Origin: Octopus vulgaris
Taxonomy: Eukaryota
Assembly (NCBI GenBank): GCA_951406725.2
Contig: OX597821.1
Location: 101,556,001-101,620,000 of the forward strand
Direction of reading: 5' to 3'
Length of the DNA stretch: 64,000 nucleotides
Both the position numbers and the translations under genes were made by a program. Each line of letters opens with the position of its first letter. The first letter of the stretch is position 1. Of the stretch, positions 27,258 through 39,008 are shown one piece after another. Below the pieces are notes generated by a model that made no database searches, had not been told where the DNA came from, and saw nothing but the letters and a program-made list of their open reading frames with translations.

Positions 27258-30200
27258 TGTATGTATATATATATACATATATATATATATATTGCAAGCT
27301 TCTTTTAGTTTCTGCCTAGAAGACACTTGCCCAAGGTGCCATGCAGTGGGACTGAACCTGAAACCATGTGGTTGGGAACCTAACTTAACTACAAAGCCAC
27401 ACCTGGGTTGTAAATAAGGTAAGATACAATAAAGATAAAAAATAATATATGTAAAAGTGAATAGCTTTGTTATTATGAGGTGTGCAAGCAAATTCCAAAG
27501 ATCACAAGACATAAAAATGGCTGTTGTTTTGGGTCGTGTAAAGCATGTCAGACCCAATCAAACAAGTCTCTGGCAAACACAGTAGCCATGATGAGAGACA
27601 ACCCACAGATCCAGCTTTTGTTATATGTTGTTGAAGATTACATTATATATTCAATGCACAAGCTGGTTACTAAAAGCCAAAGGCAATATTGCTAGTGTAC
27701 AATACACACTAGCATTTCTTTAGTATTACAATGTATGAGAAAAAGCGTGTTTAGTCAGATTTATTATAACTGCTGTATAAATTACAATAGGCTATGCACT
27801 AGCATGGCTATATGGTTAGGAATCTCACTTTGTGACCACATGGTTCTGGGAACAGTCCCTCTGTGTGGCACCTTGTAAGTTAATTTGGTAGATGGAAACT
27901 GTATGGAAGCCCATCATATGTGTGTCTTTGTGTTTGCTCTCCCAGCACCACTTGACAACTGGTGTTGGTTTGTTTACATCTCCTGTAATTAAGCAGTTCA
28001 TCAAAAAAGACTGACAGAATAAGTGACAGAATTTAAAAAAATAAATATAGGGGGTCAATTTGTTCAACTAAACCCTTCAAGGTGGCTGCAGTCCAATGAC
28101 TGAAACAAGCAAAAGATAGAAAATTCATGTACCTTAAATTAAATTCAAATGTGACCTCTGAGTTTTACGGGTAGAGGCCATAAAAGTGCTCTTGCTATAA
28201 AGTTAACATTGTGAAAATCACAATGATTGTCATGATTGTCATGAAGAAAAGTGAATATTGCCTGCAAATACATATGGTAGTTCCCTACAGCAGTGCTACT
28301 CAAAGTGATGGCCCGTGGACTGGTGCCAGTCCGTGAGCCATCAGCTGCCGGTACATGGTAAGTTTCCAGAAAAAAAAAGAAACAATGCTTATGTAATATT
28401 GTATTATTTGTTTACAAAATGAATACAAGGTAAAAAAAATATTGTCAACTTTTATTGTATTCATTATATATATTGTTTCCGGTATAAATTAATATTACTA
28501 AGAAATATTACCAGTCCCTGGCACATTGGCAAAAAAAACTGCTGCTATGCCATTATCAGATAGTTTGAGAAGCACTGCCCTACAGGACATGTAATTAATG
28601 CCTAAATAATGCTTTCACAGTTATGACAACTGGTCTATCATGGAAAAACAAATTGACCACTTAACAATTGCTGCAACTCGTGTGTCACTGCTTATGTGTT
28701 TTAATCAATTTTGAGAAGAATTTTTCATTATAATGTTGTAATTTAGTGCGAATGAACAAACAAGCACAAATAAGCTGAGAGACCATCCTGGATATTAGAG
28801 GAATCAGATGTGTGCAAGAGAGAAGACCGAGCTTGGATGGACATGTGATGTGTATGGAAGGTGATAGGTAAGTATTATGCAAAGAACCTACAGAAGAGGA
28901 GAATATGGGCAGAAATGGTGGAGACTGATCTTAGGAGGCTGAATCTTACAAAAAGAGATGCTAAAGGACTGCAATAAGTAGTGAGATGCTATGATGTTGA
29001 AGATTTGTTCAATTGGTATATAAATGCATAAAATGGTGGTGATGATTTCTGGAACATAACAAAAAGGTTCTGACAGAATTATAATAGCTTTTTTTTTTTT
29101 TAAACATGGAGACTTTAACAAATATATTTTTGTATTTTAGAATAAGAGGTAACTTCATTTACGTGGTTTTAAAAAGGATTAATTAAATATTTTGTTCAAA
29201 TCGTGTTTAACTATTACTAACCCTGAATGCAACCTACTTGAAATCTGTTTGCAGTCTAAACTATTTATTTGTCCTTAGCGCTTCCTGTAAAATAGGTTAA
29301 AATATATTCAAAAGATCATAGAGATACTGGTCAGTGTCATACTTACAGCAAAGGCAGATTGCCTGAGACATAGCTAATCCACAATGGAGCACATCATCAT
29401 CATCCATTTTCCATGCTGGCATGGCTTGGATGGTTTAACAAGAGCTGGTCAGCCAGACAACTACCCAAGCCCCAGTTTGGATGTTCTTCCTAACACCAAC
29501 CACTTTACAGAGTGTATTGGTTTCTTTTTACATGATAACTGTACAGGTGCTTTTATGTGGCATTGGCAGGAGTGCTTTTTACGTGACACTAGCACAATTT
29601 ACAGTAATATAGTTATACTAGTTCTGCATGCTATCTACTATTTTTGCACTATTCAACAAGGCTAATTTATTTAGTGTTATAATCTTTTCTTAAGGGCTTA
29701 GGTTTGTCAAGAGCCCTTGGACTCATAAAACTGGAGCTTAATCCTGTTTCCATGGTGCATAAGTGACTGAGATTATAACACTCCTCCTGAATAGGATGCA
29801 AGTCCAATACAGTGTTAACTCCCCAGTTATTGCTGGAACTCTTTTCTGCTGAGTAGATTGGAGCAACATGAAATAAAGTGTTTTGCTCAAGAACACGATG
29901 AACACCTGGGAATTGAAACCAGGATCTTATAATTATGAGCACAACACCCCTAGCCATTAGGCCATGTGCCTTCACAGTTATCACATAGTATGAGATAAAT
30001 AAAACTGGTCAACTAAATCTATGAATATGGAGAATAACACTGAATAAATTGAATGCATCAACTTCTAGCAGCAGAATGAAAATTTACTCAGGAACTGATG
30101 CAGATAAAATAAAAACAAGCCTACAGCTTGCTTCCATACTTGGATATCACTTAAAAATACAGCCCAGGCATAATTCTTCTTTATAAAAACTACTCATTAA

Positions 30201-32417
30201 TAATACCATTCCCAACAACAGTAATTTCTATTTCTTTTATGACTATCTTATGTTTGAAAGTCTCTGTAAATCCAGTTACTTGCATGAATCGTTTTAGCAA
30301 AAGCATGGCTGTGTAGTTACAAAGTTTGATCTATAAATGTGGAGTTCCAGGTTTGATCCCACTGCAAGGCACCACCTTGAGCAAATATCTTCTACTGTAG
30401 CCTTGGGAGTGGAATTTGGGAGAGTAAAATTCCTTATATATAATAAATAAATAAAGACAAGCAAATATAAGCATGACTGTACAGGTGATTTTACTTTCCC
30501 ACCATATCATTTCAAGTCTGGCCCTACTGCATGGCATCTTGGGCAAGCATCTTCTGCAATAGCCCTTGGGCTGACAAATGCCTTTTGAGTGGATTTGATA
30601 GACAGAAACTCATATGAATATGTATATATATATATATATATATATACATATATCATCAGCATTGTTTAACATCCGTTTTCTATGCTAGCACAGGCTGGAT
30701 GGTTCGACTGGGGTCTGGGAAGCCAGGAGGCTGCACAAAGCTCTAGTCTGATCTAGCAGTGTTTCTACAGCTGGATGTCCTTCCTAACGCCAACCACTCT
30801 GTGAGTGTAGTGGGTGCTTTTTACGTGCCACTGGCACAGGGGCCAGAGGAGGCTGGCTATGGCCATGATCGGTTGGTGCTTTTTACGTGCCACTGGCATG
30901 GACACCAGTAAAGGCAGCGCTGGCATCGGCCACATTCGGATAGGGCTTTTTACGCACCACATGCACAGGTATCCCAACTACAATTTCCATTTGATTTTTA
31001 TTTTGATGTTGATGTACTTGACTCAATAGGTCTCCACAAGCACAGCAGGTCACCCTACGATCCAAGATAAGCATAGCAGGCCGTCCTGCGAGCCATGAAC
31101 TCCCTTCATTTGTCAGGTCTTCGCAGTCACAGTATATCTCCAGAAGTCTCGGTCTTTCGTCATTGCCTCTGTGAGGCCCAACGTTCGAAGGTTATGCTTG
31201 ACCACCTCATCCCATGTCTTCCTGGGTCTACCTCTACTCCGGATTCCTTCAACTGTTTGGGAGTGGTACTTCTTCATACATCTCTCCTCATCCATTTGTA
31301 GTACATGACCATACCAACGCAAACGTCTCTCTGTTTGTGTTGGTATGGTCATATATGTGTGTGCATCTGTGTGGATAGATAGATAGACAGACAGTTATGC
31401 AAGGTGGGTGGGTAGTTTACATGTCTCTTTGTCTTGACTGTGATAGTTGTAAAAAACATGATGATGATGACTAGCAATCAGATATATATATATGGATCTA
31501 TAACTAATAATTCAAGTTTGTCAGGAGATCAGTTACCAAATGGAAGTAGAAGCAATGTGAATTTATGTAATTTGCTGCAAAGCCATAATTACCATGTCTC
31601 TAAGAGACACAGACAGATGCATAAAAAGTATGCAGCTAAATATATTTCACAATTGTTATCACAATGATGAGATGCAGACAAGAGTCATGCTGTGTCATGT
31701 CAGTTTTTCTGATATTCTCTGATATTGTTGCAGTGGAGTTAATAGAAGCAACACAGCATTGATGCAGTGCACAGGATTTATCTTTCATCTATTCGGGATA
31801 TGTAAAATATATACAGCACAAGCTTGGCTGTGTGGTTAAGAAGTTTGCTTCATAACTTCAGGTTCAGTCTCTCTGTGTGGCACTTTGAGCAAGTGTCTTG
31901 TACAGCCTCAGGCAGACCAAAGCCATGAGTGGATTTGATACAAATTGAAAGAAACCCATCATATATATATATATATATATATATACAGAACTAAATTCAT
32001 TTTTTAAATGTCTTGCTTTGAAGAACTGCATTTAGGTATGATTAGTGTAATTTTGGTAGTAATGACTTTGTCCCTCTTAGTGTGAGGCATTTATGTGTAA
32101 TAATGCTCTCTATACAATATAGATATAATTAATTTGTTCAAAAGAAAAAAATTATTTTCGAATTCTTTTCTTTTATGAGGTTTTCACGCTAACTACCTGA
32201 TAATTTCTTGTTAAGATTCCTTATTAAGAAGTTATCCTTAATTGTTAAACTTATATATATATATATATATATATACAACAATTGAGGAACGGCCACAATA
32301 GGCCGTTCCTCAATTGTTGTTGAATTTATTCATAGTCTTTGACTATTTCCTATTTCTCACTAGACCGCTGGTGGCAAAATAATTTCTATTGAATTTTTTG
32401 CTACCCTAAAATGGATT

Positions 32418-32465
<48 letters not shown>

Positions 32466-32708
32466 ATGTATATATATATATAAATACATAGATACATCAT
32501 CATCATTTTCCATGCTGGCATGGTTTGACTGAAACTGGTTAGTCAGAGAGCTGTACCAGGTTACAGTCTGATTTTGGCTTGGTTTCTACAGCTGGATGCC
32601 CTTCCTATCACCAACCACTCCAAGAGTATAGTGGGTGTCTTTCATGTGTCACCATCACAGGTGCCTTGTGAGTGGATTTGATAGATGGAAACTGAAAGAA
32701 GCCCGTCG

Positions 32709-32739
<31 letters not shown>

Positions 32740-35700
32740 ATGTATATGTATGTATGTATATGTTTGTGTGCCTGTGTTTGTCCCCTCAACATCGCTTGAT
32801 AATTGATGCTGGTGTGTTTACATCCCTGTCACTTAGCGGTTCGGCAAGAAAGACTGATAGTATAAGTACTAGACTTACAAAGAATAAGTCCTGGGGTTGA
32901 TTTGCTTGACTAAAGGCAGTGCCCCAGCATGGCCACAGTCAAATGACTGAAACAAATAAAAGAATAAAAGAAAAGAAAGAATATATACATACATACATAC
33001 ACACACACACCATCACCAACATCATCTTAACATCTTTTGCGTGTTTGTATTGGTCAGATGGGATTCGCAAGGAAGACTTTCTCTGACCAGATACTCTTCT
33101 TCACACCAAACCTCACCTGTTTCCGAGCTACCTAATACTTCCTTATGGCCAGACAGGTTTTAAATGGAAGACTAGAAATGAACATCATTATTTGTATGAT
33201 GGTGATGCTCATTTACAACCATCACATGATGTCAAGACAAGGGTACACACACAAGCACATACAATGGGCTTCTTTCAGTTTCCACCTACCAAATTCACTC
33301 ACAAGGTTTGGGTCGGCCTGTGGCTACAGTGGAAGACATTTGCCCGAGGTGCCACACAGTGGGACTGAATCACATGGTAAGGGATCAAGCACCTAAACCA
33401 TACAAACATACCTGCACCTTTATATACATATGTAAATGGGTGTGTGTGCATAAGCGTGTATACCTTCAACATATATACAGAGAGAGAGAGATTCATCTTG
33501 CTTTTTATAAAGGACTGTTTTTGCTTTAAGCAGCTTGTTTTTAATTTTAAAAACTGCATTAACTGCAGAACCAAAATAGTTCCATCTAAATATCTAAGCC
33601 TGTCTGATCTTTCAGTGGTTCCTGAAGTTATTTAGGAATGAGATTTTTTTGTTGTTGTCTTACTCTTTTATGATGTAGTATAGAGGTGTAGGGAGGAACT
33701 ATTGACACCAATGATGTTTAGATATTTCTGAAAACAAGCAAAATTGGTATGAGATGCTTTATTACTGACCATGTAATACAGGGTTGTGTAATATATCACT
33801 GTCTGCTCCAATTACAGTAGCCAATCATATTTTTCTCTTATTGTCTTTAGCTGAATGGTTAACAGTAAAAAAATATATATATAAACCCATTAAGCTACAA
33901 AAATAATTGCTCTGGTAAAACATTTAAACGATGCAAATATGAGAGAGAAAAAAATGAATATGAATGTTCTCATTAGTTCTAAAGCCATTATCATCAACAT
34001 CTTTTTCCTCTTCCTCCTTCTTTAATGTCCAGTTTCTATGCTAGCATGGGTTGGACGGTTTGACTAGGGCTGGCAAGCCGGAAAGCTGCACCAGTTTCCA
34101 GTTTGATTTGGTGTGGTTTCTAAGGCTGGATGCCTTTCCTAATGCCAACCACTTTACAGTGTGCTGGATGCTTTTAACGTGGTATCACACAAGCGCTCAC
34201 ATGTGACACCAGCACAGGACTCCTGCAGGCCAATCATCTTCACCAGGGGATGTGACCTTAACACTTCTGCCGTGAAGGATGGGTCTTTCTTGAGTACAGC
34301 AAAGCAACAGGTACCTTAGTCCCTTTAAGGCGGCAAGCTGACAGAAACGTTAGCACGCCAGGTGAAATGCTCAGCAGTATTTCACCTGCCACTATGTTCT
34401 GAGTTCAAATTCTGTTGAGGTTGACTTTACCTTTCATCCTTTCAGGGTCGATTACATAAGTACCAGTTACACACTGGGGTCGATATAATCGACTTAATCC
34501 GTTTGTCTGTCCTCTCTGTGTTTAGTCCCTTGTGGGTAGTAAAAGAAATAGGTATCTTGGTCCCTTGTCATCTCATCTGAAAGGTTCCGCACCCTGAGGT
34601 TCTTCAGCACTTCATCCTATATCTTCCAGGGTCTCCCTTTTCCACAAGTTCCATCCACTTTGAATGAATGGCACTTTATAGAGCTGTTGGCATCCATCCA
34701 CATCACATGACCAAACCAGTGCAGTCTTCTCTCTTACACACTGCATCTAATTCCTCTTAAGCCTAACTTCTCTCTCAATACACTAACCCTCTGGTATATA
34801 TATCCACTGAAGCATGTCTCTCTCCACCAAATCCCCTTGGATTATCATTCATTAACTCCCATCACTCCCTCTCTTACCACTGACCATCATACACACTCTT
34901 TCCCTCTCTCCCCACCAACATTTATTGCTGTCTTTCAATTACCCCATCTTTCTTTCTCTCTGTCACACCTTGTAAATATAGATCCCTCTAATCATTTTTC
35001 CCCCCTTCTCTTCCATCAGTTATTTTAATGTAATGTTTTAACAAAAAGGAAAGAATAAACATTAAAAAGTATAAAAGATAAAATTGTCTCCCTGAAATGT
35101 GCCTGCCTGTCATTCACTTCCATTACGTTCTCCCCTACCATGCTATTCATTCTGTTTTGGTACGGTTTTTATGGATGGATGCTCTTCTTAATGTCTTCTG
35201 TGCTTGTGCCATGCATGGCACAAGCACAGGTGAGGTCAGTTTGGCATGGTTTTTACAGTTGGGTGCCCTTCCAAATGCCAACCACTTTACATCATCATCA
35301 TTGTTCGACCGTGGTCGAGACAATGGAATTTACTATGCTACGCCAGACTTCACGGTCCATCATAGCATTATGGAGGTCTAGTTGCTGGATGCCTGTATCC
35401 CTGGAGATTACATCATTGTAGACTGGATGCTTCTTAAGTGGCACCAGCACTAACAAGGTCACCAACTTGCAAGACAATGATCCTTTGAGAAGGGAGGAGG
35501 CATTGGAAGAGGTGATCTTGTGTCAGATTATGAAAGGTTATAATGAAACAGAGAGACAGAAACAGGTGACCCTAACCTCATTATAAAAAGGATAGACATC
35601 TTGGATAATGTAATCAGAGATAAAGTTTCTGAAAAGACAAGATATTTATGGCTAGAATGTTGATCATCCTAAGTTTGCAGGACCAAGGCTGATCCGCAGA

Positions 35701-38026
35701 TATCCAACAACTGCCTTATATACCCTCACGATTTATACACAAGCTTTTTATAACTTAAAAACTATTTATACGTGTATTAAATTGCACCCCTGGTTCAGTG
35801 CTTAATCTTGGTATAGAATTTCTTCTTTTCATGGTTTTAGCTTAAAGTTAAGTATAAAACAATGCAGCATGAATAAATATGGTAATATTGAAAATACAGG
35901 ACGAAAAGGAGCGAAAGGGCTTAAGTGGGATTTATCTTTGCAAAATGACCTGTATTAACAAAAAAGTAATTTAATTGCAGAAGAGCAGGTATAAAAAGTT
36001 TATAAAATGTCAAAAGATAAGCAAAATTAAAGGTTAGATTAAAGTGGAAGTAGAAAAATGTTAGCATGATAAAGCATATATTAAAACTATTCACATGGTA
36101 AAACTGTTTATGGTGCAATGAGGTGACAGGATCATTAGAACATAGGACAAAAATGCCTTGTAGTATTTCTTCTGATTCTTTACATTCTGAGTTCAATTTT
36201 CACTGGGATCAACTCTGCTTTTCATTCCTCCAAGGTCAACAAAATAAAGTACTAATCAAGTACTAGTATTGAGGGTATCTTTAAGCAATTCCACTCAAAA
36301 TTACTGGGCTTGCTACCTAAATCAGGAACGTTTATTGTGTTAGGTATTTTGTTCAAGTTAAGGATTCTACTACAATGCTGTCTTTCTCATAATCCATTCT
36401 ACCATAGGAACAGGGCCTGGCATTTTGAGGGAAGGGGCAAATCAATCACATCGACTCCAGTGTTTAACTGGTGCTTATTTCATTGACCCTGAAAGGAATA
36501 AAGGCCAAGTCAACCTTGGCGAAATTTGAACTCAGAATGGTCAAATGATTTTGCCAGTTCATCGCCTTAAAATAATCCTTTCTACTATAGGCACAAGGCC
36601 TGAAATTTTGGAGGAGGGGACTAATCGATTACATCGACCCCAATGTTTCACTGGTACTTAATTTATCGACCCTGAAAGAATGAAAGGAAAAGTAGACCTT
36701 GGCAGGATTTGAACTCAAAACATGAAGACGAGCGAAATGCCGTTATGCATTTTGACCGCCATGCTAACGATTCTGCCAACAACGATAATAAAATAGCTAA
36801 TCCAAAAAAATAAATAAATAATAAAATATTAAAAAAAAGAATAATACAGAGGAAGAACTCTATTGAAATCACAGGAGTAATAAAAGCATAGATATGTCTT
36901 CTCATAACTTTCTTAATGTATATTGTTTACTGAGAAATTTTCCAGAGATATATTAATATCCATTTTTCTGAAAGTTATGAGGAAACAAAGTTGGTGGGAG
37001 TACACTTGTGTAGATATGCCTATTTTAAATATAGATTTACGATTATGTAGGAGGAAAATGGAAAAACAGTTTTTTAAGGCATATTCCTCCCACCTCTTAC
37101 CTGACTGTTGAATGCATATTTTTAATGACATTTTTTAATCGTTATCTACACCCACGAAAACGTATCTAGAGGGTTGACCTCTAAAAGATATTTTTAACAC
37201 CCTCCCTCATCTGTACAATTGTAAAGTATACCAGCTAAAACAAATCTCTAGAAAACTTCAATAAAAACATGCAGTTTGAAGAGGCAGGTCAGCAGAGACC
37301 GCACTTCTGTTTATGCCGAAATATATTACAAAGAGTTCGCAAAGTCAAGAATGTAGGGAGAAAAATAAACAGTGGGGCCAAATGGAAATTGACTAATGAA
37401 AGAATTCATAACTGACATCAAATTTAATAACTTTCTCTAGAGTCACGGGTTCTTGTTTTAAAATATTACTGACTAAATTAATATCGAAATTGAAAAAAAA
37501 AAACCCTTCAGTTACTGTTTCTATTGAAATGCACTTTGTGTTAATTAATTTTAATAATGAAGAATTTAGTAAAACAACTTTTTTATTATTATACTAGAGT
37601 TTGAGGCATAATTTAACATTAACTTTTGATGGAAAGTTTAAACTTAGCTCACTTTTAAAAAGAAACATTTTATATCATAGAACCAGAGGCAGTCTTGAGC
37701 GAATTGGTATAAAAAATAATTAAATAACTTTTATGAAGATGCATTTCAAAATTACAAAGTTATTTGTTTTCTAAAGCCATACCATAAACTTAAAATATAA
37801 AAAGAAATGTAATAATTCAATATTTACCAGGCCAGGAGTTGATTAGAACATGTTCAACACCAGATTTTTCTTTCGCCGCTTTTAATACACTTATATCTTC
37901 GCTGTAAGGAAAAGCACATTCTGTGTATCGAAAACCAGCTTCTTTCGCAGCCAAGAAACGGTCAGATAAATTGGGTAAATCAGTGAAAAGCATGGACAAA
38001 TTTGCGGCCAGTTTCAGTTTCGACAT
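9168..38026 (-). CDS. HYI: Putative hydroxypyruvate isomerase HYI, complete, 8 exons, 265 aa: 38026-37828, 25344-25233, 20564-20465, 18622-18544, 15732-15683, 11443-11374, 9999-9865, 9220-9168
   Basis: Exons join in frame (798 nt): MSKLKLAANLSMLF...VLINSWPG-DLASGQLGIAA...EYAKALDCKR-VHIMAA...DNLQYAADRLMK-ENIMGLIEPINSR...YFLDNPHK-ALKYVQELNHPNLKLQF-DFFHVQIMDGNL...-GHIQISQVPNRGEP...GYIGLEY-GNTRDGLSWIQQMGLQL*. Diagnostic HYI motifs (ANLS, EPIN, DxFHxQ, QVPxRxEP, GLEY); all GT-AG. Confidence 0.96.
9865..9999 (-). CDS. HYI: HYI exon 7 (135 nt)
   Basis: GHIQISQVPNRGEPNTDGEINYNYIFKMLQSSNYDGYIGLEYNPV; AG/GT ends. Confidence 0.94.
11374..11443 (-). CDS. HYI: HYI exon 6 (70 nt)
   Basis: DFFHVQIMDGNLTANFKDFLPYIG; AG/GT ends. 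Confidence 0.94.
11871..12081. mobile_element. piggyBac-like MITE
   Basis: TTAA TSDs at 11867-11870 and 12082-12085; TIR CCCTTTAG...CTAAAGGG; related copy at ~357-540. Confidence 0.8.
12082..12121 (-). ncRNA. Decayed/interrupted type I hammerhead motif
   Basis: GCCU CUGAUGA GAACC-CAAUAA-GGUUC AAAA AUCGAU UA; GAAA mutated to AAAA; 3' stem I strand displaced by the MITE at 11871-12081. Confidence 0.5.
13240..13653 (-). mobile_element. tRNA-derived SINE family A, young full-length copy
   Basis: Head GGCGCAGGAGTGGCTGTGCGGTAAG (A box), GGTTCAGTCCC (B box), internal (TA)n(TG)n, A-rich tail; more than 15 copies in the window. Confidence 0.88.
14047..14200. repeat. Long inverted repeat (hairpin)
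   Basis: 14066-14104 vs 14141-14179: 39-bp arms with one mismatch and a 36-nt loop; imperfect extension to ~14047/14200. Confidence 0.9.
14403..14700 (+). mobile_element. tRNA-derived SINE family A copy
   Basis: Same head and body as 13240-13653, opposite orientation. Confidence 0.85.
15683..15732 (-). CDS. HYI: HYI exon 5 (50 nt)
   Basis: ALKYVQELNHPNLKLQF; ttttag acceptor, gtaagt donor. Confidence 0.9.
17140..18196 (-). mobile_element. Gypsy-like LTR retrotransposon relic (two LTR starts, integrase C-terminal remnant, PPT), interrupted by a repeat at ~17708-18045
   Basis: Similar segments beginning TGTGGGGATGAG on - at 18196 and 17359; G-run PPT just before the second; peptide VGEEVWVKPSKARCTSQWNRGTVTAVNSKNNISVDG resembles a Gypsy integrase C-terminus. 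Distal boundary approximate. Confidence 0.6.
18544..18622 (-). CDS. HYI: HYI exon 4 (79 nt)
   Basis: ENIMGLIEPINSRLSVPKYFLDNPHK; AG/GT ends. Confidence 0.94.
18880..19493 (-). mobile_element. Mariner (Tc1/mariner) transposon relic: 5' TIR plus N-terminal transposase pseudogene
   Basis: Frameshifted peptides EQCVSLEFCF..LGKTTAKTVVMLQTA..MSKTQFYKWFSCFR..DQPHSGR and RILSKELRMKSVAAIFVPHLL (HTH plus WVPxxL-like motif); terminus TA|CAAGGGGGTACCCAAAAGTAAC. Confidence 0.85.
19650..20008 (-). mobile_element. tRNA-derived SINE family A copy
   Basis: Near-identical to 13240-13653. Confidence 0.85.
20178..20398. mobile_element. piggyBac-like MITE (second family)
   Basis: TTAA-CCCTTT...AAAGGG-TTAA ends; decayed relatives near 9230-9390, 37540-37715, 41170-41350, 59510-59700. 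Confidence 0.75.
20465..20564 (-). CDS. HYI: HYI exon 3 (100 nt)
   Basis: VHIMAAKLPKYSDSSVEETFTDNLQYAADRLMK; AG/GT ends. Confidence 0.92.
21826..22057 (+). mobile_element. SINE family B nested inside a family A copy (~21718-22290)
   Basis: Head GGCGGCGAGCTGGCAGAATCGTTAGC, body GTCGACTTTGCCTTTCATCCTTTCGGGG; ~15-bp TSD GAA(A/C)CTGAAAGAAGC; other copies at ~920-1141, 1458-1635, 34328-34551, 36390-36780, 43345-43505, 53338-53540, 63190-63405. Confidence 0.85.
22502..22720 (+). mobile_element. tRNA-derived SINE family A copy (5' half)
   Basis: Family A head through GGAAACTGAAAGAAGCCCGTC and the microsatellite. Confidence 0.8.
25233..25344 (-). CDS. HYI: HYI exon 2 (112 nt)
   Basis: GDLASGQLGIAALTNERKTFRDKLELTIEYAKALDCKR; AG/GT ends. 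Confidence 0.92.
25638..26090 (-). mobile_element. Repeat family C (ATG-tailed, RTE-associated) with an internal tandem array of ~64-bp hairpin units
   Basis: (CAT)n tail on +, CTACAGCTGGATGCCCTTCCTAACGCCAACCACTC core, five TTTTACGTGCCACCGGCAC-type units; copies at ~5411, 10337, 17708, 22935, 32495, 38838, 53630, 58620. Confidence 0.8.
28291..28577. mobile_element. hAT (Charlie-like) MITE
   Basis: TIR CAGTGCTACTCAAAG / AGTTTGAGAAGCACTG; perfect 8-bp TSD CCCTACAG at 28283-28290 and 28578-28585. Confidence 0.88.
30655..31340 (-). mobile_element. RTE LINE 3' end with hairpin-repeat 3' UTR and ATG-type tail
   Basis: ERRLRWYGHVLQMDEERCMKK..GRPRKTWDEVVKH..DRDFWRY running on into the abundant GGAAGGGCATCCAGCTGTAG repeat; similar arrangement at ~34015-34800. 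Confidence 0.8.
32275..32320. repeat. Perfect 20-bp inverted repeat with 6-nt loop
   Basis: ACAACAATTGAGGAACGGCC-ACAATA-GGCCGTTCCTCAATTGTTGT. Confidence 0.95.
37828..38026 (-). CDS. HYI: HYI exon 1 coding part (199 nt)
   Basis: ATG at 38026 in gccATG context; MSKLKLAANLSMLFTDLP...LINSWPG; gtaaat donor. Confidence 0.94.
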
Positions 38027-38400
38027 GGCTTGAGTTTCTACTTTTTTCTGCTTGTGTTTTAATATCAATTAAACGGTAATGTGGCAAAACAATGTGCGAA
38101 GTGGCTGCAAGCGGTGTCTGCTGAACTACAGTACCGTTTGTTTAATTATCACAAGATAAAGAAAAAGAAGAAAAAATATAAAAAACGGAGACAATAAGCG
38201 AGAGAAGTGGGACAAAGAAAGCTATCAGAAATGTTTCATTTAAACAACTGTTGCGCGTAGCATGTGTTTTTATTAATACAAATATAAAAATCGAATTCTT
38301 TTTCCCAGTTTTTTACAAACCGTGTGCTGCAACTTCTACCCTGCGCTCTCTCGCTCTCTCTCTCTCTCTCTTCCTCCTTAATTATCGCTATTGTTCGAAT
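38027..38400 (-). promoter_or_regulatory. HYI 5' UTR / promoter region
   Basis: Repeat-free, locally CpG-retaining sequence immediately upstream of the HYI ATG; TSS not determinable from sequence. Confidence 0.45.
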
Positions 38401-39008
38401 GCTTTGTGTACCATGTAATGTTCAGACTTAAACTAACAACATGTGAATTTACAGTGCTATGGAGAAGCTAAGATTTTTCTCTTGGAACTACATGTTTCCT
38501 GCTTTTTCTTGTAGTCGGTGCATCCAGCTATCCCCACACCTTCCAACTCCTTCCGTTACCTTTCACCCCACCCATCCCACTTCTTACGTCACATTCCCTA
38601 CCCTCCATCCCTTACACTGCCTTCCGATAACTTCTACCTCTTCCACCATCTAACGCAAACTTTCACCATCTTTCCCAATCTCCCACCTTCCATTATTTCA
38701 GCTTTTAGAGCCAACAATTGGAGATCCTACACTGAAGCCCTGCTCACCTTCATAGCTGTGTATATGCATGCATGTGTGTGTATATATGATTTTGTGTGTA
38801 TGTGAGTTGTGTGTGTGTGTGTGTATGTATATAAACACTCACTACACTCACGGAGTGGTTGGCATTAGGAAGGGCATCCAGCTGTAGAAACACTGCCAAA
38901 TCAGACTAGAGGCTGGTGCAGCCTCCATGGCTTACCAGACCACGGTCGAACAGTCCAACCCATGCTAACATGGAAAGCGAACGTTAAATGATGATGATGA
39001 TGATGATG

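Noticed and set aside
26926-27557. Longest ORFs in the track (163 and 151 aa, opposite strands)
   Set aside because: They run through a LINE fragment, (TG)n/(TA)n microsatellites and a SINE; no coherent protein.
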